A stretch of 39,804 nt of DNA from Nitrospirota bacterium (GCA_016180645.1 JACPAV010000030.1:1-39804), one strand, 5' to 3'. Numbered from the stretch's first letter, positions 26,524-34,877 are shown. Made by a program: numbers and translations. The notes: a model not told the origin generated them from the sequence alone.

Positions 26524-26793
26524 TCAACTTGCCATTTTGCCCTGATAATTCAATATTGGAGTGGTTTTCGGGGTTCTTCGGTCTCCGATGGAGGGGATTC
26601 TCAGTCCTTTTCTGAGACGAACCAGAATCCAACCTTCCAAAACGTCTATGAGATTCCGGCGGCATTCTTCCAAGGAGCGACCGGTTGCCCACACTCCCTT
26701 CACGCCTCTGATCTCGCCGTAATAGGGATCGCGGCCACGAATGCGCTCATACCGCGCGCGTTTGAGGGCCGCTTCAACGTACTCGCCGATCAT
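26524..26793 (-). CDS. HicB-family antitoxin (orphan)
   Basis: MIGEYVEAALKRARYE...YYGEI.GVKGVWATGRSLEECRRNL.DVLEGWI. Confidence 0.82.
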   Translation of the reverse strand: MIGEYVEAALKRARYERIRGRDPYYGEIRGVKGVWATGRSLEECRRNLIDVLEGWILVRLRKGLRIPSIGDRRTPKTTPILNYQGKMAS

Positions 26794-26870
26794 GGCGCCC
26801 ATGCTATCACCTGTTTCTTCCCGTTTCACCCTCAGCCTGATAGCGAGTGTGGGCTAGGTGGAGGACGGGA

Positions 26871-26934
26871 TCACTTCCGCGGATGTGGGTGTCCTGCCCG
26901 AGGCACCCTGGATTCCCGCCTTCGCGGGAATGAC
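26871..26934. repeat. GTCATTCCCGCGAAGGCGGGAATCCAG-type palindrome with a degenerate inverted partner
   Basis: CTGGATTCCCGCCTTCGCGGGAATGAC at 26908-26934; decayed copy ATCACTTCCGCGGATGTGGGTGTCC just upstream. Confidence 0.7.
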
Positions 26935-27085
26935 ACTCTGAAGATGTCGCCCTGTTGTCCGGTGCCGGTGCCTGGCATGACTTCCTGACATTCCAGCAGG
27001 ATCTTCGATTTCCTCGGGCCCCCAACCGGAGTGGGATGATTCTCCACACGCACAGGAGGAGAAGCCTGCCAAGTACTCCTCACCC

Positions 27086-27349
27086 TCACGCGGCCATTTT
27101 CAGAAGCACCTCGTTGATGACCGTTTGATAGCCAACGCCCCGGCGCTCCGCCTCTTGCTTGGCCCATACAGCGACCCGGGGATGAAGACGAATGGAAATG
27201 GGCAGATATTTGTCTCCATTCTTGGGCGGGCGGCCGCGACTCCTACGCTTGACGCCAAGCTTATGTTCGATGGCTTTGTGGGCGGCTCGCACCTCCTTGT
27301 CCGTAATGCGTCTGGCCGACTCAAACGGGAATTCCCTAAGTTTCTTCAT
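27086..27349 (-). CDS. BrnA-family antitoxin
   Basis: RGRPP...PISIRLHPRV..WAK.....GVGYQTVINEVL. Confidence 0.88.
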   Translation of the reverse strand: MKKLREFPFESARRITDKEVRAAHKAIEHKLGVKRRSRGRPPKNGDKYLPISIRLHPRVAVWAKQEAERRGVGYQTVINEVLLKMAA

Positions 27350-27614
27350 AGCGTCTTCTCTCCTTTCGAATTGCCTTTCGAGCGCTGATGATCCGATAGA
27401 CATTTCCAAGCTGAATCACCGTGAATACCACGACGACGATACTGCTGTCCGATTGGCCGATGAGCCACTCTCGAACTTCCGCCGGAGTAGAATGCCCCGG
27501 GTCCGGTGCAATCAAGGCATATGGATCATCGAACGCCGTGATCGCTTTCTCAAAACTCAGCCCATGCTTCGCGAAATTGCCGGCTGCCTTCTCCGGGTCC
27601 CACTCAAACCTCAT
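27336..27614 (-). CDS. BrnT-family toxin
   Basis: MRFEWDPEKAAGNFAKHGLSFE...HS..E.R...IG...RIISARKA; AGTATATACT palindrome at 27619-27628 just upstream. Confidence 0.92.
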   Translation of the reverse strand: MRFEWDPEKAAGNFAKHGLSFEKAITAFDDPYALIAPDPGHSTPAEVREWLIGQSDSSIVVVVFTVIQLGNVYRIISARKAIRKERRRYEET

Positions 27615-27824
27615 TAATAGTATATACTTGAATTAGGAGCAAATATCAACTGAACAGTTCGTACGGTGTTGCATCCGATGTGCTCTATTTTCCCATCAGT
27701 GGGGTCCCATCAGTGGGGGCATGGGACCTGACACTATTGCTCATGCCCGATCGTGGATAGGGACACCAGTGTCGCATCTCCGTTGACCCGGTCCTATTTG
27801 GGCGGCTGTACTTTTCTCGCGGCC

Positions 27825-28043
27825 ATGAAGATCCCGGTGCTGTTGGAGAAGAATGTCGAAGGCGGGTACACCGTGACTTGCCCGACACTCCCCGGTTGTA
27901 TCAGTGAGGGGGATACGCGTGCCGAGGCCCTGAAGAATATCCGCGAGGCGATGATCCTCTACCTTCGGGCCGTCGCGAAAGAGGAGCAACTGCTCCGCTT
28001 GGAAAAAGACTGCCGCGCTGAGATCGTCCAGATCGCGTTGTAG
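27825..28043 (+). CDS. HicB-family antitoxin
   Basis: EGGYTVTCPTLPGCISEGDTRAEALKNIREA. Confidence 0.9.
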   Translation: MKIPVLLEKNVEGGYTVTCPTLPGCISEGDTRAEALKNIREAMILYLRAVAKEEQLLRLEKDCRAEIVQIAL

Positions 28044-28052
28044 ACGCCGCGT

Positions 28053-28280
28053 TTGCCGCGGATACCCGGCAAGGAGGCCGTCCGCGTCCTCCCGCGCGCC
28101 GGATTCGAAGTTTTCGATCAGGAGGGGAGCCACGTTTACCTCCACAAGCGCGTGGGTGATTCCTTTGCGGGTCGAGTAACCATTCCCCTTCACGGCAAGA
28201 AAATTCTGAAACCGAAGACTCTCAAGTCGATTCTCCAGCAGGCAGGCTTGAAGGTGGAGGATTTCATCAGGTTCATGTAG
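28053..28280 (+). CDS. HicA-family toxin
   Basis: AGF...QEGSHVYL...VTIPLH...LKPKTLKSILQQAG. Start codon uncertain (TTG). Confidence 0.85.
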   Translation: MPRIPGKEAVRVLPRAGFEVFDQEGSHVYLHKRVGDSFAGRVTIPLHGKKILKPKTLKSILQQAGLKVEDFIRFM

Positions 28281-28336
28281 AGGCGCCGGAGTTGGGGGTT
28301 GGTGCGTCGGGGATTCGAACTGAGGCCGCGATGTGA

Positions 28337-28398
28337 CCCCCTCACCCGCACCCGCCACTGAATCGTCGGGCAGGCCCTCTCCCTTAGGGGGAGAGGGG
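28337..28398. repeat. CCCCTCACCC...CCCTCTCCC-N-GGGAGAGGG (BoxC-like) palindromic element
   Basis: CCCCTCACCC followed by the hairpin CCCTCTCCCTTAGGGGGAGAGGG, with an extra internal segment. Confidence 0.6.
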
Positions 28399-28577
28399 AA
28401 GGTTCTTTCCTCATCGACCTTCCCATGCTTGGAGGAATAGGACTTTGCCGGAAAAAGGGGCGGAAGGAATTGCCGGGGAGGGCGGAGGATTTGTTTCGAT
28501 TCGGATAAGTTGGCGCGGCGCGTCAAATTCGGGCAAAACGGCGTTGCGGCAGGGACTTAAACTTCAAGGGACTCGGC

Positions 28578-28593
28578 TGGCACGGGAATTGAC
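28578..28593 (+). promoter_or_regulatory. Candidate sigma54 (-24/-12) promoter of the flg operon
   Basis: TGGCAC-GGGAA-TTGAC versus consensus TGGCAC-N5-TTGC (one mismatch), just upstream of flgF. Confidence 0.6.
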
Positions 28594-28608
28594 ATAAGGG
28601 GGTCGGCC

Positions 28609-29400
28609 ATGAGTCTGATGATGCAGGGGATTTATATGTCCGCCGCAGGCGGAGTCGTTCAGGAAGAACGCCTCTACCAAACCTCCAACAACATCGCGAA
28701 CCTCAACACCTCCGGCTACAAGAAAGACACGATGGCCTTCCGCGATTGGCTGCCGCCGTATGGGGCCGAAACTTACGGCCCGAAAACCTTCCCGCCGTTC
28801 CTGCCGGTCACGTGGAGCTCGCTCGTTTTCAAGGATGACAAGCTGTATCCCTACACGGACGAGATCCGCACCGATTTCTCTCAGGGCAACATGGAAGCGA
28901 CACAGAACCCGCTGGATCTTGCGATCGAGGGCGAAGGGTTCTACGCCGTGCAGACGCCCGGCGGCGTCCGCTACACGCGCGATGGGAATTTTTCGATCAA
29001 TTCAGATGACATGCTGGTGACCGCGCAAGGGCTGCCCGTCCTTGGAGAAAAAGGCCCGATCAAGATCGACGGCGAGGACGTGACGATTTCGCGCGACGGT
29101 GTCGTGATGGTGGACAAGGAAGAAATCGACAAGCTGAAGGTCGTCCGTTTCTCCAAGCTCTTCGGATTGAAGAAAGTGGGCGACAACCTATTCGAGAACA
29201 TCGATCCCGAACAGAACCCGGCCGGTGAGGCCACGAACTTCACGGTTCGCCAGGGGTTTCTTGAACTGGCGAACGTGAACGGGATCAAGGAAATGCTTCA
29301 TATGATCGAGCTGATGCGGGCCTACGAGACGCAGCAGCGGGCGATGACGAGCCAGGATCAGATCAACGGGCGCGTCGTCAACGATCTCGCGAGGGTCTAA
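28609..29400 (+). CDS. flgF: Flagellar basal-body rod protein FlgF
   Basis: SNNIANLNTSGYK, TQNPLDLAIEGEGF, YTRDGNF, QGFLELANVN; precedes flgG. Confidence 0.9.
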   Translation: MSLMMQGIYMSAAGGVVQEERLYQTSNNIANLNTSGYKKDTMAFRDWLPPYGAETYGPKTFPPFLPVTWSSLVFKDDKLYPYTDEIRTDFSQGNMEATQNPLDLAIEGEGFYAVQTPGGVRYTRDGNFSINSDDMLVTAQGLPVLGEKGPIKIDGEDVTISRDGVVMVDKEEIDKLKVVRFSKLFGLKKVGDNLFENIDPEQNPAGEATNFTVRQGFLELANVNGIKEMLHMIELMRAYETQQRAMTSQDQINGRVVNDLARV

Positions 29401-29418
29401 GGGTGACACAATCGAGGA

Positions 29419-29446
29419 CGTGGCGCGTGACGCGTGACGCGGGGCG
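29419..29446 (+). repeat. Heptamer array at the flgF/flgG junction
   Basis: CGTGGCG CGTGACG CGTGACG CGGGGCG. Confidence 0.7.
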
Positions 29447-29461
29447 CGAAGGAGGGAGAAG

Positions 29462-30253
29462 ATGATTCGGTCGCTGTATACGGCGGCAACGGGCATGCAT
29501 GCCCAGCAGATGAACGTGGACGTGATCGCCAACAACCTGGCGAACGTGAACACGGCCGGCTTCCGCCGGAGCCGCGTGGAATTTCAGGACCTGTTCTATC
29601 AGACGCTCCGGGCGCCCGGCGCGCCATCGGTCCTTCTCGGCACGGAAGTGCCCACGGGCCTCCAAGTCGGCCTCGGCGTGCGGCCGGTGGGCACCAAGAA
29701 AATTTTCATGCAGGGGACCTTCGAGAAGACGAACAACTCCTTCGACATGGCCATCGAGGGCAACGGCTTCTTCCAAGTACGCCGCGCCAACGGCGAGATC
29801 GGATACACGCGGGCCGGGTCTTTCAACCCCGATTCGCAGGGACGCCTGATGACATCGGACGGCCTGCTATTGGCGCCGGAAATCACGATTCCCAGCGATG
29901 CGATGCAGGTGAACATTGAGAAGGACGGCACTGTCTCCATCATGGTCGAAGGACAGATCGATCCCGTGGAAGTCGGCACGCTCGAGATGGCGCGATTCGT
30001 CAACCCGGCGGGTCTCCAGGCCATCGGCGACAATCTGTTCCTGCCGAGCGCCGCGTCCGGTGAGCCGATCGTCGGTCGTCCGGGCGAAGAGGGATTCGGC
30101 CAGCTCTCCCAGGGCTTCCTGGAAACTTCGAATGTGAACACAGTGGAAGAACTCGTACACATGATCACGGCCCAGCGGGCCTACGAGCTGAATTCGCGCG
30201 TCGTCTCGGCCTCGGATGAGATGCTGCAGACGGCGAACGGACTGAAACGATAA
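29462..30253 (+). CDS. flgG: Flagellar distal rod protein FlgG
   Basis: MIRSLYTAATGM, ANNLANVNTAGF, FQDLFYQ, PTGLQVGLGV, MITAQRAYELNS. Confidence 0.96.
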   Translation: MIRSLYTAATGMHAQQMNVDVIANNLANVNTAGFRRSRVEFQDLFYQTLRAPGAPSVLLGTEVPTGLQVGLGVRPVGTKKIFMQGTFEKTNNSFDMAIEGNGFFQVRRANGEIGYTRAGSFNPDSQGRLMTSDGLLLAPEITIPSDAMQVNIEKDGTVSIMVEGQIDPVEVGTLEMARFVNPAGLQAIGDNLFLPSAASGEPIVGRPGEEGFGQLSQGFLETSNVNTVEELVHMITAQRAYELNSRVVSASDEMLQTANGLKR

Positions 30254-30304
30254 ACGGGTAGGCGAGTAGCGGGCTAGACCCAAAAGAACAGGTGGAATGA
30301 GGCG

Positions 30305-31153
30305 ATGAAGGGGAAAGGCATTCAGGCGGACGGCGCCCAGCGAGCGCGAGCGACGGCCTCACTTGCCGAATCGGCGCCGCCCATCCATGGGACGGCGCTC
30401 GTAGCGGCAGGTGCCGCACCGTCCTGGCTGGCGGGGTGTGTCTTCATCCTGCTGCCGGTCCTCCTCTGGGGCGCCCCGGCGACGGCCTTGACGCCACCGC
30501 AACCGGCCTCCTCGACCAAGCAGGAGGCGATCAGCCCCATCCAGCGTCAGGCTGAGTCCTACATACTCTCGCAGGTTCCGGAGTTCATCCAGGTGGAGTC
30601 GATCGCATGGACGGGCGTCCGGATCCCCACCGATGTCGGAGAAGACGTTCAGATCCGAATCTCACCGGCAGCCCGGTTCACTTGGTTCGGGCCACAGAGA
30701 CTCCTCGCGGAATACCCGTCCACGAGCGGTCGCGTGAGAAAGCTGTGGCTGTCCTTCGAAGTCCGCGGCCAGGCGCGGGTCGCCTGCGCCGTGGAAGGTC
30801 TGGCGCGGGGCAAGGTGCTGAGCGATGCGAACACCCGGATCGTCGCGGTGCCACTGGCGGAGCTTCCACCGGACTACGTGACGGACGTATCGGCCCTGGT
30901 CGGCCGAAAGGCGCTGCGCCAATTCCGCGAGGGAGAAATTCTTTCTTCCCGGAGTTTCGAGCAGATTGCGGATATCCGACGGGGCGAAAAAGTAGGCGTG
31001 ATCCTCAGCCAGTCCCGCTTCACGGTTGAAACCGTGGGCGTGGCGCAGGAGGACGGCCGTGTGGGCGAGGTCATCTTCGTGAAGAATCCGGAGTCGGGCA
31101 AGACGTTTCTCGGGCGGATCTTGAGCGATCACCGGGTGGAGGTGACCCTTTGA
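30305..31153 (+). CDS. flgA: Flagellar P-ring assembly chaperone FlgA
   Basis: SAF-like C-terminus (LARGKVLS, IRRGEKV, GVAQEDGRVGEVIFVKNPESGK) and position. Start uncertain. Confidence 0.88.
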   Translation: MKGKGIQADGAQRARATASLAESAPPIHGTALVAAGAAPSWLAGCVFILLPVLLWGAPATALTPPQPASSTKQEAISPIQRQAESYILSQVPEFIQVESIAWTGVRIPTDVGEDVQIRISPAARFTWFGPQRLLAEYPSTSGRVRKLWLSFEVRGQARVACAVEGLARGKVLSDANTRIVAVPLAELPPDYVTDVSALVGRKALRQFREGEILSSRSFEQIADIRRGEKVGVILSQSRFTVETVGVAQEDGRVGEVIFVKNPESGKTFLGRILSDHRVEVTL

Positions 31154-31157
31154 AGAA

Positions 31158-31192
31158 ATTTGAGATTTCAAATCTGAGATTTGAGATCGAAA
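31158..31192 (+). repeat. Heptamer array at the flgA/flgH junction
   Basis: ATTTGAG ATTTCAA ATCTGAG ATTTGAG ATCGAAA. Confidence 0.8.
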
Positions 31193-31208
31193 ACGGGGAG
31201 GTGACACC

Positions 31209-31952
31209 ATGATGGAAGAGGAAGAACCCCTTACGCCGTGGGGAAGAAAGACCGTGATGGATCGCGGCATGTTCGCCGCGGGATCGATCCTCGTGACGAT
31301 GGCAACGGTGATGCTGGGCTTCGTCTTGTTCGCCGGCTGCGCAACGCCGAGGAAGGATATCGGGACCGACGTCAGTTCCAAGATCGCCCAACAGGTGGCG
31401 GTGCTGAACCGGCCGCACTACGAGGGATCGTTGTGGACCGAAGGCAGCTCCGCCGGATTCTTCACCGATGTGAAGGCGCGGGTGGTAGGCGACATCGTGA
31501 CCGTGCAGGTGACGGAGAGTTCGCATGCCAAGAAGCGCGCCGGCATGAAGTTGGACCGCGAGGGCGGGATCAGCGGCCAGATCGAGGGCAAGGATGCGGT
31601 GATCCCGATCAAAAGTGCGAAGGGCTCCCTCAAGATGGGAAGCGATTTGAACTCGACCGGAGAAACCCTGCGAAGCGACGACGTGGTGGCGAGCGTGACG
31701 GCGTTCGTCACGGAGGTCATGCCGAACGGCAATCTGCGGATTGAAGGTCGGAAAGACGTTCGTGTCGACAGCGAGAACCAGTTTATCTACGTGGCGGGCA
31801 TTATTCGTCCGACGGACATCACGCAATATAACATCGTGACGTCCACGGCCCTGGCGGACGCCAAAATTGAGTACAGCGGTGAAGGCGCGCTGTCCGACGC
31901 CTCGCGTCGGGGGTGGCTCAAGCGCGCCCTGGATTTCGTTTGGCCGCTGTGA
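31209..31952 (+). CDS. flgH: Flagellar L-ring lipoprotein FlgH
   Basis: Lipobox FAGC, GSLW, KARVVGDIVTV, VMPNGNLRIEG, GIIRPTDI, ADAKIEYSG. Confidence 0.93.
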   Translation: MMEEEEPLTPWGRKTVMDRGMFAAGSILVTMATVMLGFVLFAGCATPRKDIGTDVSSKIAQQVAVLNRPHYEGSLWTEGSSAGFFTDVKARVVGDIVTVQVTESSHAKKRAGMKLDREGGISGQIEGKDAVIPIKSAKGSLKMGSDLNSTGETLRSDDVVASVTAFVTEVMPNGNLRIEGRKDVRVDSENQFIYVAGIIRPTDITQYNIVTSTALADAKIEYSGEGALSDASRRGWLKRALDFVWPL

Positions 31953-32058
31953 ATCGTGATGAGTGATGAGTGACGTGTGATGAGTAGGACCATGGAAGAC
32001 CGGAAAGAGGTTTTGTCCGAGGCTCCTGTCGCTTCACTACTCACCGTTCACTCTTCAC
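31949..32058. repeat. Inverted pair of heptamer arrays after flgH
   Basis: GTGAATC GTGATGA GTGATGA GTGACGT GTGATGA ... GCTTCAC TACTCAC CGTTCAC TCTTCAC. Confidence 0.85.
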
Positions 32059-32717
32059 GAGAAGAAAGCCCCCTTGCGTCGGGTCCCCCCCACCCGGCGC
32101 TACCTCCATTGAGCGGGCCCCCACGGATGGGGGCCCGCTTTGCTCCTTCGGTGAACCCGATTCCCGAGGGTCGTCCTTTTCGGCGACCTAGGGAAGGGTC
32201 GGGGCGCCGTAGGGGTGCCGGCCACCTCCTCTCTTCCCATGCGCCTTTGCCGGCCGTGGGAACAACTCTCCACCCCGATGCTCCGTCGGGGCGGTTTCCA
32301 TCAGACCTTGGCCGTTTCCCTCGAAGCTCCGGCAGCCACTCCAGCTCGCCGGAGGCTTCACTCCTTGTGGCCACGGGCCCTCGGGAACCAAGGATGGTTT
32401 CCCGGAAAGTTTCGGGATTCCCGAGGGCTCTCCTTGCCCCGCTCTTTTCCAGGATTTCCCACTTGGGATCTCGGATCTCAAGTTTCCTGGCGGACGCGGA
32501 CCTTGCCTCCCCACAAGGAAACGGCGCGCTCGCGGAGCGAGCTTCGGGGTCCGCCCTGGAGTGGGCGGACCACTCAGATCGATTGTCCCTCGGCGACGCC
32601 CACGCGGCGTTCCGCGGGAATCGCCTGAGCATCCTTCCGAGGCTTGCACACGCTTTCGCGTCAACGGGGATCGACCGCGACCACGGTTTGCAGGCCCTTC
32701 CCGGGCTTGTGAAGAGG

Positions 32718-33827
32718 ATGTGGTATCTCTTTGCCTGTTTTTTGTCTCTGGCTTTGTGGGCCGGGATGGTATTCCCCATCCCGGCCCGAGCCGAGCGGGT
32801 AAAGGATTTGGTGGACATCGCGGGGGTTCGGAACAACCAGCTCATCGGCTACGGCCTCGCGGTGGGTTTGGAGGGGACGGGGGATTCCTTCTTCCGATCG
32901 AATTTCACACAGCAAAGTCTGGCGAATTTCTTGAAGAAGCTCGGCATCCTTCTGGACGAGCGCACGATCCGCGGGCTGCGGCTTCGGAACAGCGCCGCCG
33001 TGATGGTGGTGGCCACGCTCCCGCCGTTTGCCCGGCAGGGATCGCGCATCGATGCGATTGTCTCCTCGGTGGGCGACGCGGGCGGCCTTCAGGGCGGTAC
33101 CTTGCTTATGACGCCTCTCAAGGGCCCGGACGGCCGTGTGTATGCCGTGGCCCAGGGGCCGGTCTCCGTCGGGGGGTTTCGCCCCGGAAAGGTCCCGGTT
33201 CGGGGGGAGAGAAACTACTCGACCACCGGCCGCATCTCCGGCGGGGCCATCATTGAAAAAGAAGTCATTGTCGATTTGGAACAGAAAGAGCAATTGACGC
33301 TCGTTTTGATCAATCCGGATTTCACGACTTCGTCCCGCATCGCTCAGGCCGTCAACGCCGGCCTAGGAGGCGACGTGGCGAAACCGATCGATGCGACGGC
33401 GGTGGCCGTGAATATCCCGGACGATTTCCGGGGCAACGTGGTGGATATGGTGACCGCCATCGAGGCCCTTGAGGTGGACGAAGGCGTGCGGGCGCGGATC
33501 GTTCTCGACGAGCGGACGGGAACGGTGGTCATGGGCGAGAATCTTCGGCTCAAGTCCGTGGCCATTTCCCATGGGGACCTTCATATCGCCATCAAGGAGG
33601 AGCCGGAACCTTTGCCGCTCTCTCCCAACGAGAGTATAATCGTGCCCCAGGATATGAGTGAAGATGGCTCCAGGAAGGAGCAAGTCTTGTTGCTACCGCC
33701 GGGTCCCACGTTGGGGGAAATCGTCAAGGCGCTCAACACCGTGGGGGTCACCCCGCGGGATCTGATCGCCATCCTCAACACCCTTCGCGCGGCCGGCGCC
33801 CTCAACGCCCAGATTGATTTGATGTGA
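32718..33827 (+). CDS. flgI: Flagellar P-ring protein FlgI
   Basis: Signal peptide, then ERVKDL..IAGVRNNQLIGYGLAVGLEGTGD, AAVMVVATLPPF, GGTLLMTPL, ERTGTVVMG, PRDLIAIL. The frame is open back to 31977. Confidence 0.93.
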   Translation: MWYLFACFLSLALWAGMVFPIPARAERVKDLVDIAGVRNNQLIGYGLAVGLEGTGDSFFRSNFTQQSLANFLKKLGILLDERTIRGLRLRNSAAVMVVATLPPFARQGSRIDAIVSSVGDAGGLQGGTLLMTPLKGPDGRVYAVAQGPVSVGGFRPGKVPVRGERNYSTTGRISGGAIIEKEVIVDLEQKEQLTLVLINPDFTTSSRIAQAVNAGLGGDVAKPIDATAVAVNIPDDFRGNVVDMVTAIEALEVDEGVRARIVLDERTGTVVMGENLRLKSVAISHGDLHIAIKEEPEPLPLSPNESIIVPQDMSEDGSRKEQVLLLPPGPTLGEIVKALNTVGVTPRDLIAILNTLRAAGALNAQIDLM

Positions 33828-33829
33828 AG

Positions 33830-33896
33830 CCTCGCTGCCCCTGGAGGATTTCAGATTTGAGATTTGAAATTTCAGATTTGGCCGAAGGCGGTGGGG
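33830..33896 (+). repeat. Heptamer array in the loop of a hairpin covering the flgJ initiation region
   Basis: ATTTCAG ATTTGAG ATTTGAA ATTTCAG (33848-33875), closed by CCTCGCTGCC / GGCGGTGGGG; ATG at 33898. Confidence 0.78.
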
Positions 33897-33897
33897 A

Positions 33898-34758
33898 ATG
33901 AAGATCGATCCCCAGACAAGTCTGACGCTCCTGGGTGAAAAACTTAAAGGCGAATCTCAGAATTCGAGCCTTCAGGGCCTTCAGCGGCTCAAGAACGGGC
34001 TTTCCCCCCCGGGCCCCGGAGACCAACCCCCCGTCGATCCGGCTCAAGCCCGCAAAGCCGCGGAAAACTTCGAGTCGTATTTTCTGTTTTACGTTCTCAA
34101 GGGAATGCGCGAGGCGTTTACCGACGGCGATCCCCTCCTCGAAGGCGAGGATGGCGGCGGGTTTCAGGGCAGTGTTTTCAAAGAGATGATGGACGAAGAG
34201 TTGGGAAAAACGATGGCGCAGAACGGCGGAGTCGGCCTCGCCGACATGGTTCTCAAACAGCTCGGCGTCCCCTCGGACCGAAATCTTGTTTCGCCGTCGC
34301 GCGCCGGCGCAACCGTCGTACGCTCTCCCTCTTCGGCCACCGGGTTGCAGAAGGAGAATCGAGAAGGCTTGCGGCTGAATCGGCCCGTGCCCGGCGCGAT
34401 CACGTCGTCCTTCGGCACGCGCGCCGATCCGTTCACGGGGCGGGCGGAAAAGCACGAGGGCGTGGACCTCCGCGCGTCGGAAGGTGATGACGTGCGTTCC
34501 GCTGCCGCGGGAATCGTTGTCTTCAGCGGTGAGAAGCCGGGATACGGCCGCGTGGTGGAAGTCCTGCACGCGGACGGCTACAGCACGATTTATGCGCATC
34601 TAAAACAGCCGCTCGTTGAGCGGGGTGATTTCATTTCACGTGGCGGACTGGTCGGTCGGGCCGGGGAGACCGGTCGGGCGACGGGTCCCCACGTACATCT
34701 TGAGCTGAAGAAGGACGGGGAGCCGATCAATCCGGAGCCCTATCTTTTGGAAGCCTGA
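33898..34758 (+). CDS. flgJ: FlgJ-like rod-binding domain fused to an M23 peptidase
   Basis: AAENFESYFL..VLKGMR...GGVGLADMVLKQL, then HEGVD, YAHL, TGPHVHLE. Confidence 0.85.
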   Translation: MKIDPQTSLTLLGEKLKGESQNSSLQGLQRLKNGLSPPGPGDQPPVDPAQARKAAENFESYFLFYVLKGMREAFTDGDPLLEGEDGGGFQGSVFKEMMDEELGKTMAQNGGVGLADMVLKQLGVPSDRNLVSPSRAGATVVRSPSSATGLQKENREGLRLNRPVPGAITSSFGTRADPFTGRAEKHEGVDLRASEGDDVRSAAAGIVVFSGEKPGYGRVVEVLHADGYSTIYAHLKQPLVERGDFISRGGLVGRAGETGRATGPHVHLELKKDGEPINPEPYLLEA

Positions 34759-34877
34759 ACATATTGTAACAGCCGTGGATACTGGACGACCTGGCCAATC
34801 GGAAGAGGGATTTCCTTGCAGGGAATGTTTGTTTCCGGTTCAAACCTTCACAAAGTGCCGAAACTTACAAAACCTGT

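Noticed and set aside
26807-27080. Short ORFs between brnA and hicB
   Set aside because: They overlap palindromic repeats and have no convincing motif. They might be decayed TA sequence, but this cannot be supported.
27691-27718. 14-bp tandem duplication TCCCATCAGTGGGG x2
   Set aside because: Only two units with no associated element; likely a local duplication.
28290-28335. Intact tRNA gene
   Set aside because: Only a T-loop and ACCA-like end are present; no D arm, anticodon arm or paired acceptor stem.
32060-32700. RNase P RNA, tmRNA or group I/II intron
   Set aside because: No GAGGAAAGTCC motif, no tRNA-like ends and no DV or P7-like motif found by eye on either strand.
31977-33827. 616-aa FlgI as called by the ORF track
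   Set aside because: FlgI similarity and the signal peptide begin at ATG 32718. The upstream open frame is reported as a finding, not as confirmed protein.
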